Virus record (IMG/VR): IMGVR_UViG_3300037504_000149
Length of the DNA stretch: 64,000 nucleotides
From: a virus
Taxonomy: Duplodnaviria; Caudoviricetes
Direction: 5' to 3' (one strand)
Shown piece by piece: positions 38,778 to 46,934 of the stretch (within the stretch, counting starts at the first letter, position 1; each line of letters begins with the position of its first letter). The translations under genes and the position numbers were made by a program. Under the pieces are notes generated by a model, which did no database searches, had not been told where the DNA came from, and saw only the letters and a program-made list of their open reading frames with translations.

Positions 38778-39305
38778 CGTACTCGAAGAGATTTCGACCC
38801 GTGCCAGCGTGTCAAAGCTTCGAGTCGTTCGCCCTCCAAGGAACAAGAAATTACTTGGAACGGGAACTGGTGACGGCAACAAGGTACTCTCACAAACCAT
38901 AGAGGACTTGAGTCACTGGGACTGCTTCCCACCAGCGGTTTAATTATTTCTCTACAGGTTTAAAACGTACAACGAACTGCCGTAAGAGTAACGCGCTTGT
39001 GTCCAAAACGCTCCAAAGGTGTAGCGCCTGTGGAACACCAAGGTAGGGTGAGGGGCTTAGTAGGAACGTCTCACCATCTTAAGGTCTGGAAAAAGTTGGT
39101 GCGTGTGTGGTTCTGCTATCACTTGGGGTTGACCACCTCATTAAGGCCAGAAGCGACTGGCTAAAGAGGCTCTAGTAGTCACGTACATACTCATGCGTGA
39201 AAGCCCAGATCTTCCTGCCACGACCCTAATTTGTGAGTAAGCGCGAGTGGGCGCATTAACTCCCGTAGACTTTATGTGGCGTCAGGGAGCTGGAAGGTCG
39301 ATTAC
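38778..39305 (+). ncRNA. candidate large structured ncRNA (~530 nt)
   Basis: Promoter TTGAAA-N17-TATACT at 38744-38772; no credible ORF; many long-range complementary segments. Confidence 0.7.
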
Positions 39306-39328
39306 TGCTTGAACTTATAAGGAGAGAT

Positions 39329-39496
39329 ATACAAGGTTCATCTTTTGAAACTCGGACACAATGTCCGAAGTGTGGTTCATGGTGTTATGGGCGCACAGAT
39401 ATTGATGCTATGGGACAAGAACATACTACTGGTTACCGTTGCGAACACTGTGGGCACATTTGGGGAATGACGATTTGTGTACAGATGTTTAACTGA
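39329..39496 (+). CDS. small zinc-ribbon protein (ATA start), missed by the ORF track
   Basis: IQGSSFETRTQCPKCGS...YRCEHCGHIW; AAGGAG upstream. Confidence 0.55.
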   Translation: MQGSSFETRTQCPKCGSWCYGRTDIDAMGQEHTTGYRCEHCGHIWGMTICVQMFN

Positions 39497-39504
39497 GGTG
39501 TTAC

Positions 39505-40125
39505 ATGAAATGTCATCACTTACAATTATATACGGTATATCGTAAATACTACCCCCAACAACATTTTGGTAAAGCAGCACTAGTAAAACTACTCTATTTT
39601 GCTCAAGAAGTTGAAGGCGCTAAGTTAGGTTATAGTTTTGATCTAGAAACATTTGGACCATTCACACAAACAATACTTGACGAATTAGATGATTTGGAGT
39701 GTAAAGGCACTGCTATAGTTAAATATGTTAATGATCATTATGTCATTGACTATTACGATAAGCCAGATTTTATACTACCTGAAATTGAACAAGCTGTTAA
39801 AAAGTTTGGTTATCTGTGTGGTTTTGACATGGAAACATTAGCTACTATACACTTCTTGAGAGATACAAAACCTACCAGAGAAAGTATGTATATTGCAGTG
39901 CATGGTATTAAACCCAGAGTGAATCGTACAACCTTTGATAAGATGTATCGTTTAGCTGTACAGTTTGGTTTAATTCCTGATAGTACATCTCCCGTTTCCA
40001 TTGATTATAAAAAGCGCAAAGAAGCTAAACTATTAGAAGACGATCTAGATTGGCGTACTGAAGAAGAGAAAATACAGGATTATGAAGAGGCTTATATACA
40101 AGTACATAACCGAAAGAGGATATGA
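39505..40125 (+). CDS. DarG C-terminal/SocA(Panacea)-like antitoxin domain protein
   Basis: GKAALVKLLYFAQE...GYSF.L..FGPF...DELDDL...METLATIHF. Confidence 0.55.
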   Translation: MKCHHLQLYTVYRKYYPQQHFGKAALVKLLYFAQEVEGAKLGYSFDLETFGPFTQTILDELDDLECKGTAIVKYVNDHYVIDYYDKPDFILPEIEQAVKKFGYLCGFDMETLATIHFLRDTKPTRESMYIAVHGIKPRVNRTTFDKMYRLAVQFGLIPDSTSPVSIDYKKRKEAKLLEDDLDWRTEEEKIQDYEEAYIQVHNRKRI

Positions 40126-40391
40126 TGCCCCACGTATACATAGCTCCACACAAACGTGCTAATCGTAAAGAAGTAAAGGAAACTACTCCCCACGGTTTAA
40201 CGTGGCAAGTTGAAGGGCCTTATAAAGATTATGATAGTGCTGCGGAGAAGAAGAAGGAACTGAAAAATAAAGGGTTACAAGTTAAAGTCCATCACCTCAA
40301 ACGTGGTTATGTAGTTAAGTCACGTGATCCGGAAAAGGTGAAGAAGCACAAACAGAAACAGAAGAAAGACGCTAAAAAGAAAACTAAATAG
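40122..40391 (+). CDS. basic small protein
   Basis: WQVEGPYKDYDSA; Lys-rich. Confidence 0.6.
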   Translation: MMPHVYIAPHKRANRKEVKETTPHGLTWQVEGPYKDYDSAAEKKKELKNKGLQVKVHHLKRGYVVKSRDPEKVKKHKQKQKKDAKKKTK

Positions 40392-40461
40392 CTATCTCAA
40401 GTATTGACTTATGGTCTCCTCTATGGTATAATATAGGGGAGGCTTTACTTTAAGGAATAAT

Positions 40462-41163
40462 ATGATAGCATTTCTAGGTGATATACATGGGTCATTTGAC
40501 GCACTCTATTTATTTGAAGAACTCCTCCGATCTGTACTAGGTGATGAATTGGAGGAGATTGTTGTATTGGGAGATGTGGGTATCTGGCCCGAAACAATAA
40601 TCCATATTCCCGATTTCAAATCTAGGATTTCTTTCATCCGAGGGAATCATGAAAGTTATCCTCTATTAGAGGAGTGGGATAAATTAGATTTACCTCTCCA
40701 TTATTGGAAGGATGGCGAAACTCGCAATCTATATAATTATCGGTTTACAGCATTAGGCGGGGCTTATTCTATCGATCGTCATCATCGTAAATTAAACGGA
40801 ACTGACTGTGCGGCGTGGTATAGAGAAGAAATACCGAATCGTGAAATGGCAGAAAAAGTTGGTACAGAGGACGCTACCGATGTACTACTAACCCATGCAC
40901 TCCCTCCTGAGCTTGCTAAGCGTGTTTTCTCGCGTATTAAGATAAATAGTGATGAGAATGGGGAGTTGTCCCCTATTCTGTATGGTACGATTCCGTTTAT
41001 CTTCTGTGGTCATTATCACATCTACAGGGATACGCGAGTACAGATAAGTGAGGACTACTCGCTCAACATCATCGCGTTACCTAGCTGGGCTCCTATGACA
41101 GGACGACAGTTTATCCTACTTGATGAGGACGGCTTTTATGTTGTTGATCCAGATAAATCATAA
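40462..41163 (+). CDS. calcineurin-like metallophosphoesterase
   Basis: GDIHG, LGDVG, RGNHE, LTH and GHYH. Confidence 0.9.
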   Translation: MIAFLGDIHGSFDALYLFEELLRSVLGDELEEIVVLGDVGIWPETIIHIPDFKSRISFIRGNHESYPLLEEWDKLDLPLHYWKDGETRNLYNYRFTALGGAYSIDRHHRKLNGTDCAAWYREEIPNREMAEKVGTEDATDVLLTHALPPELAKRVFSRIKINSDENGELSPILYGTIPFIFCGHYHIYRDTRVQISEDYSLNIIALPSWAPMTGRQFILLDEDGFYVVDPDKS

Positions 41164-41344
41164 ATAACCCTTGACAGGGTGGTAGGGTTATGATATAATG
41201 TCCGTGTTGTCGATGAGGGAGGCTCGCAAACAACTACTCAAAAAAGTTGAAAAAATAGGTTGACAAACCTTAAAGAGTGTGATATACTTACCTCGTCGTA
41301 GTCAAGCAACCACCCACAAAGAAGTACCCTTGAAAGGAGTCGCT

Positions 41345-42085
41345 ATGAGCGATAACACTATCAGTCTGGACGCCCTGAACAAGGCTACCAAGGGCCACGA
41401 TTATGTCGTCGGCCAGTCCAACATCTCTTCCCTTCTGGGCCTCAGTGGTCGCGCTGCTCCGAACGTGCGAGAGGCCATCAACAAGGTCGATCCCAAGGCT
41501 CTCAGTAAGGCCAGCGGTAAGAACTCGCCGTGGACCGTGAGCAAGTCTTGGCTGGTCAAGCACACGGACGCTATCCACAGTGCTTACGAGGAACTGTTCC
41601 CCCGTGGTAATGGCGGCGGCAAGACCGGCATCGGTTACGGCGCTATCGGCGACCTCACGGACGCTCTGATCGACAAGATCAGCAAGGGTGACGCCAAGGT
41701 CACCAACGATATGCCCGTCAACCTCCGTGACCTCTTCGTCGAATTCGGCGTGGCGGACGAGGATCTGCCTTCCGCCATCAACAGCGCTGACAATCGCGGC
41801 TACTTCGTCGGTCGCCTCGTCAAGTCCGCTCAGCGGGCGATGGGCGAGAACGCTCCCTCCGTCAAGGAGATCGAGGCCAAGCTGCTCGATAACATCGTCT
41901 CCGTCGAGACCAAGGAGACCAGCCGCAAGATGCGCAACGACAAGGACGGCGAGAAGACTCCCTACACCCTCGAATACGTCCGCTTCAGCATGGGCGCTTT
42001 GACGAAGGCCGTCAAGATGATCGCCGACGCTGATGGGTTCCAGGAAGGCGAAGTCCTCAAGCGCGAGGAAATCTGGACTCCGTAA
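41345..42085 (+). CDS. probably highly expressed hypothetical protein
   Basis: Two promoters (41171, 41259), AAGGAG RBS, strong C-ending codon bias, terminator at about 42097-42138. Confidence 0.8.
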   Translation: MSDNTISLDALNKATKGHDYVVGQSNISSLLGLSGRAAPNVREAINKVDPKALSKASGKNSPWTVSKSWLVKHTDAIHSAYEELFPRGNGGGKTGIGYGAIGDLTDALIDKISKGDAKVTNDMPVNLRDLFVEFGVADEDLPSAINSADNRGYFVGRLVKSAQRAMGENAPSVKEIEAKLLDNIVSVETKETSRKMRNDKDGEKTPYTLEYVRFSMGALTKAVKMIADADGFQEGEVLKREEIWTP

Positions 42086-42195
42086 CACACGCTAAATCTA
42101 GGGGAAACATCTTAACGGTGTTTCTCCTAGATTTTTTTATAAAAACGTGCTATAATTGCTATGTTGAGTCGGCAACAATATACGGAGGTAGTATT

Positions 42196-42612
42196 ATGCT
42201 CGTAACAATAGAAGATACAACTTATAAACCTTATGACGTACTTCAACTAAGTGATGGCTTCGCACAACTACTAGGCGACTATGGAACTTTATATTTAGCT
42301 TCCTCACCGGAAGCAGCAGGTAAAGAAGTAGAACGCATGATTAGAGGATTGTTAGCTGAGAATCCATTACGTTTCGCTTACAATTATGGATTGAGACCTG
42401 TATTACGTTGGGCAGAAAACCAACCTGCGTCATTCGGTCGCAAAGAATATAATAATTTAACAGAGTGGATGGAAGGGCTTAAGAGTAAACCTCAAGAGTT
42501 TTGGGACTCAGATGGTAGAGTTAGACGATTAGATCATGTTGATGAAGATATATTAGCTATAATAGACTTCGAACCTACGGTGGTGTATTTAGATGAAATT
42601 ATATGCCAGTGA
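42196..42612 (+). CDS. hypothetical protein
   Basis: GGAGG RBS before MLVTIED. Confidence 0.65.
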   Translation: MLVTIEDTTYKPYDVLQLSDGFAQLLGDYGTLYLASSPEAAGKEVERMIRGLLAENPLRFAYNYGLRPVLRWAENQPASFGRKEYNNLTEWMEGLKSKPQEFWDSDGRVRRLDHVDEDILAIIDFEPTVVYLDEIICQ

Positions 42613-43222
42613 TTATGCAAGATGGATGTTGTATGGATTAGATACACTTTATCATCCGTGGCGAGATTTAGTGAATGAAGTTGGTTTAACTTACAGAACA
42701 TTAAATAATTTGTATTACAAAAAAAGTAAGCGCACAAGAGATACAACAATAAGTAAACTTAAGACCTTTACCTTAGAAAAAAATCTTCCTTATGCTGCTG
42801 CGTATGGGATGTATTTAGACAAGCATAATAAGGTTAATGAATCTATAAATAGGTTAATGAAGTCTGATACTTCATCTCGTATACCTCGTATAATTACATA
42901 CACTACTGGTGAAGAATGTTGGGTATTAATATCTACTGGTCTACTTAGTACAGATGTAGAAGTAGAAGTAGGTGACCAAGGTGAAGGATGTATTTATGGT
43001 GCAGTATATGGAGACGTTTGTGCGGCTGTTGCATCAGAAGATAACCAACAAGTTGTACAAGGTAAATTATCATATGATTTAGATGCAGATGAGTTAACAG
43101 TTACTTTACCAGATGATATTTGGTCTATATTCGAAAACGCTGATAGTCTAACTATGATAAAAAGTTGGCTAGAAATTATGTTTTTACACTTGACAGGCAG
43201 CGGAAAATCTGCTATAACGTAG
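42593..43222 (+). CDS. hypothetical protein with possible N-terminal HTH
   Basis: WRDLVNEVGLTYRTLNNL. Confidence 0.55.
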   Translation: MKLYASDYARWMLYGLDTLYHPWRDLVNEVGLTYRTLNNLYYKKSKRTRDTTISKLKTFTLEKNLPYAAAYGMYLDKHNKVNESINRLMKSDTSSRIPRIITYTTGEECWVLISTGLLSTDVEVEVGDQGEGCIYGAVYGDVCAAVASEDNQQVVQGKLSYDLDADELTVTLPDDIWSIFENADSLTMIKSWLEIMFLHLTGSGKSAIT

Positions 43223-43224
43223 TT

Positions 43225-43296
43225 GTTGCGGGTGAAGAAGAACTCATATATTCGTTTGGTCGATAGGCGAATATAATTCCATTTCACCACCCACAA
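43225..43296 (+). ncRNA. candidate small hairpin RNA
   Basis: Promoter TTGACA-N17-TATAAC at 43190; stems GGTGAA/TTCACC and TATATTCGTTTG/TAGGCGAATATA. Confidence 0.4.
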
Positions 43297-43331
43297 AACT
43301 TGAAATTGAAGCTTCGATGTGTTATACTGTT

Positions 43332-43590
43332 TTCAGTGGCTGGCGCGGTGGTGACGACTAACCTCCAGTCATTGAACGGGGATGGGACGCCTCCCCACAT
43401 ACGAGACCCCTCTTGGTAGGTTTTTTGGTAAAAGACCGAGGTAAGGGCTTTCTCCTACAACACTCAAGACGATCCTGGATGAGAGTGTAAACAAGAGTGG
43501 AGTCTGCTACCTGACGAGGTAGTCACAAAGTAGGGTAGCTCCCTCGCCTCCCCCTAGAGTACGGCCATATTCTAGGGGGAGGAGAATAAA
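43332..43590 (+). ncRNA. candidate structured RNA or long leader upstream of the Cas-like gene
   Basis: Promoter TTGAAA-N17-TATACT at 43300; at least 5 stems including 43548-43581. Confidence 0.55.
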
Positions 43591-43637
43591 AGAGAAGACT
43601 ATACAAGGACGGGAAACTGCTACTGAAAGATCGGACA

Positions 43638-44876
43638 ATGGATCTAGTTGAAAAAATTAGGCTGTTCCCTACCGAGGAACAAAACAAGCAACTCCGAGAG
43701 TTGGCTGCGTTCTGTCGTGACGCGGCAAACTACATCTCGGAGTTTATCTATACACATCGTTTGCGCTCCAAGGGTGTAGGGACGCTCTACAAACCGGATT
43801 GGGAAACGCGAGCTGCAAAAGATGATCCAGACGCCGTTTCACTTTATAAGGTATTGTGCAGTGCTTTCGATTTTAGTGGCAAGAAGTCTCTAGCCACCGC
43901 GATTATTCAAAGGGTAAAATCATCCTATAAGTCCACCAACGCACGAAACATCACACAAGGGGATGCCTTTTATCGGGCAGGTAAGGCGAAGTATCGTCAA
44001 TTGAAGAAAGATGGAATAAAAGGGGAAACACTTAAGGCTGCTGCTAAGCTTACTCAAGAAGAAAAGAACGAGATAGCTGAACGGTATGGCATGACAAAGC
44101 CGCTCAGCTTCAATCCCTTTATTCCTACCCTAAAACAGAATACTAAATGGAAGGAAAACACAGTCAGTTTCTTCGGTATCTCAAGTATACCTTTTGCGTC
44201 TCGACTGGAAAACATAGAGTCTCGTGACGCGATTGTTAAGCTCAACAAAAACAACAAGTGGCTGCTACACCTTCCCGTAGAGACCTCCGAAGAGGAAGTT
44301 TACGAACCTGCTGGTTGGTTGGGAGTAGATGTCGGACTGGCAAACCTGGCTGTCACCTCTGAGGGCACGGTCTATTATGGCGGTGAGAACCGTCGCCGTG
44401 GTGAAACACGGTTCAAGCAACGTCAGCGGATGCAGAAGAAGGGTACTAAATCCGCGAAGCGTAGACTGAAAGCTCTTTCCGAGAAAGAAACAAGGTGGCG
44501 AAAAAATCTCTGCCACGAGATCAGCACCGCTATCGTCCGACGTGCGAAAGAGCTTCGCTATGGTGTAGCGGTAGAAACGCTGAAAAACATTCGGCGAAAC
44601 GTGAGACAATCGAGGAAGCTGAATCGTCAGCTTCACGGTAGTTTTCCTTTTGGTATGCTTCTTTCCATGCTAGAATATAAAGCAGAGAAAGAGGGTGTAC
44701 CATTCCAGAAAGTGGATCCTAAAAATACCTCCAGGACGTGTCCAAAGTGTGAATATGTAGCAGAGAAAAACAGAATTAGCCGTACACACTTTAAATGTGT
44801 GGAATGCGGCTACAAAAACTACGCAGACCATGTGGCGGCAACTAACATTTCTCGGATAGCAGAAACCGGGATATAA
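43638..44876 (+). CDS. CRISPR-associated TnpB/Cas12f-like RNA-guided nuclease
   Basis: RuvC-I GVDVG, RuvC-II VAVETL, zinc finger CPKC...CVEC, RuvC-III ADHVAATNI; adjacent to the array; no tnpA. Confidence 0.9.
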   Translation: MDLVEKIRLFPTEEQNKQLRELAAFCRDAANYISEFIYTHRLRSKGVGTLYKPDWETRAAKDDPDAVSLYKVLCSAFDFSGKKSLATAIIQRVKSSYKSTNARNITQGDAFYRAGKAKYRQLKKDGIKGETLKAAAKLTQEEKNEIAERYGMTKPLSFNPFIPTLKQNTKWKENTVSFFGISSIPFASRLENIESRDAIVKLNKNNKWLLHLPVETSEEEVYEPAGWLGVDVGLANLAVTSEGTVYYGGENRRRGETRFKQRQRMQKKGTKSAKRRLKALSEKETRWRKNLCHEISTAIVRRAKELRYGVAVETLKNIRRNVRQSRKLNRQLHGSFPFGMLLSMLEYKAEKEGVPFQKVDPKNTSRTCPKCEYVAEKNRISRTHFKCVECGYKNYADHVAATNISRIAETGI

Positions 44877-45009
44877 TGTTGGTGGCGTCGGGGCGTAGGG
44901 AGACGCCCATACAGCGGAGACGAGATCCGAACTGATGGCGTAGCACAGACGATAGGATCACTTGAGTCTACTGCTGAGCACAGCACTACTTTTCGAGAGC
45001 CTTCTGGTG

Positions 45010-45166
45010 ACATAGAAGGCCGGGAGGTTCTCGAAAAGGTATATTGTTGATAGTAGGATAGTTACGGCAAGGGTGCGTTTTCTAGTACATTTCTCGGGGC
45101 CTGAAAGTGGGGGTTCTCGAAAAGGTGAAAATAAACCTAGTAATATCAACAAGTTAAAAGACTGGG
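45010..45166 (+). promoter_or_regulatory. CRISPR leader
   Basis: GGTTCTCGAAAAGGT twice (45026, 45112); IHF consensus TATCAACAAGTTA at 45144-45156. Confidence 0.75.
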
Positions 45167-45983
45167 GTTTTAACGACTTCTGCGGTGTGCTTGTGCATCT
45201 CCCTGGTAGCTTCTTGGGGTTTTTGTATCGTTTCGGAAGTTTTAACGACTTCTGCGGTGTGCTTGTGCATCTCCCTACAAAATACATCATCGGTTGGCCT
45301 AAGTTGTCCTTCTGTTTTAACGACTTCTGCGGTGTGCTTGTGCATCTCCCTATATAGAAATCATGAACTCAGGAGGTTCACTATGAGTTTTAACGACTTC
45401 TGCGGTGTGCTTGTGCATCTCCCATACTGCATCGACCAGACACGCCTACCCTATCATTAGTTTTAACGACTTCTGCGGTGTGCTTGTGCATCTCCCTATT
45501 GGTAGTGAGACAGTGGACAAGGCCATAAATGGCCGTTTTAACGACTTCTGCGGTGTGCTTGTGCATCTCCCATACCATTGAGCCTGATCTGGTAGTGCTA
45601 TGCCTCATTGTTTTAACGACTTCTGCGGTGTGCTTGTGCATCTCCCAGCATAGTAAACCTCCTGAGTTCATGATTTCTATATAGTTTTAACGACTTCTGC
45701 GGTGTGTTCGTGCATCTCCCCTGCTGCTACATCGGTCCTAACACAGATCAAAGGGAGTTTTAACGACTTCTGCGGTGTGTTCGTGCATCTCCCCTGCTGC
45801 TACATCGGTCCTAACACAGATCAAAGGGAGTTTTAACGACTTCTGCGGTGTGTTCGTGCATCTTCCTATAGTAGAGAGTAGAAAGTTACATACATGGTCT
45901 CGGGTTTTAACGACTTCTGTGGTGTGTTTGTGCATCTCCCACCCTTCGCCATACACCTTCCGCAAAGTGTTTGTGTATCTCCC
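45167..45983 (+). CRISPR. CRISPR array: 11 repeats of 37 bp, 10 spacers (35-38 bp), degenerate terminal repeat
   Basis: GTTTTAACGACTTCTGCGGTGTGCTTGTGCATCTCCC at 45167, 45239, 45314, 45387, 45460, 45535, 45610, 45684, 45757, 45830, 45904; remnant ends at 45983. Confidence 0.98.
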
Positions 45984-46011
45984 AGCCCTCTCACCCATCC
46001 CAAGGAACGAT

Positions 46012-46905
46012 ATGTCTCTTCGACGATTAGGTATCTACCATAGAGTAGATAATGATGGTTTTGCTTGTGCTGCTATTCTGCGGCATAGGTTTCCCTCCAT
46101 CGATCTTTTTGGGATGAATTATGGGGATGAAGAACCCCATTTCATTGAAGATTATGATCAGGTTTACATAGCTGATTTTTCTCTCCCCCCCAAGAGGATG
46201 CAGCATCTAAATTCATTAACTGAGATGCATTGGATCGATCATCATCAAACAGCTATAAATGATTGCAAAGATCTAGATTTACTAGGTTTACGTAAAATAG
46301 GAGAAGGTGCTTGTTCTCTCCTTTGGCAGTATTTATATCCTCACTACCCTGTACCTGAAGCTATACAGCTCATCTCAGACTATGATGTGTGGAATTTATC
46401 TGATACGGTTATACACTTTCAGTATGGTTTACGTCTGATGGGGGATATACGCTTAGCTGATGAAATTCCTGAGTTCGAAGGAACAGCTACTAAGGAGTGG
46501 CTAGATTACCAAAACCTCTCGTACTTTTGGGAAAACCTTCTCAGAGGCTCTCAGAGCCTCATAGACAGCTTAAAAGACGAAGGCAGTGTCGTATACCGTT
46601 ATGTACGCTCACAGCTTTCTAAAGCCATTAAACGGGGCGTAGCGATGTCCTTTCACGGACACGACGCCCTTTTTGTTATGACACCTGACAACCCCTCCCT
46701 TATGGCAGAACTGTGGAAAGATTATGATGTTTGCATCAAAGCTTTCTATGACCTTTCTGCTTCAAAGTGGAGGCACACCTTATTCTCCCACCCCGGCGGT
46801 CCTAATGTAGGTAAGCTAGCTAAGAAATACGGTGGGGGCGGGCACGAGCATTGTGCTGGGTTTATGTGGGATCACTTGGCGCTACATAAGAAACTAGCTG
46901 AGTAA
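46012..46905 (+). CDS. DHH/DHHA1 family phosphoesterase (NrnB-like)
   Basis: YH..D.DG, IADFS, WIDHH and GGGGH..CAGF. Confidence 0.9.
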   Translation: MSLRRLGIYHRVDNDGFACAAILRHRFPSIDLFGMNYGDEEPHFIEDYDQVYIADFSLPPKRMQHLNSLTEMHWIDHHQTAINDCKDLDLLGLRKIGEGACSLLWQYLYPHYPVPEAIQLISDYDVWNLSDTVIHFQYGLRLMGDIRLADEIPEFEGTATKEWLDYQNLSYFWENLLRGSQSLIDSLKDEGSVVYRYVRSQLSKAIKRGVAMSFHGHDALFVMTPDNPSLMAELWKDYDVCIKAFYDLSASKWRHTLFSHPGGPNVGKLAKKYGGGGHEHCAGFMWDHLALHKKLAE

Positions 46906-46934
46906 CACCTTTACAAAGTGGGGTAAATCTTCCT

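Noticed and set aside
38778-39305. RNase P RNA or group I/II intron
   Set aside because: No GAGGAAAGTCC P4 motif, no domain V, and no interrupted gene on the flanks
41288-42088. 266 aa minus-strand ORF
   Set aside because: Antisense shadow of a strongly codon-biased + strand gene with clear expression signals
43638-44876. IS200/IS605 transposon or IStron
   Set aside because: No tnpA, no recognisable element ends, only a lone GACTATAC resembling a group I motif with no partner; the adjacent leader and array favour a CRISPR role
44958-46011. ORFs across the CRISPR array and the 79 aa N-terminal extension of the DHH gene
   Set aside because: Translations of repeats and spacers; the DHH gene has its own RBS and ATG at 46012
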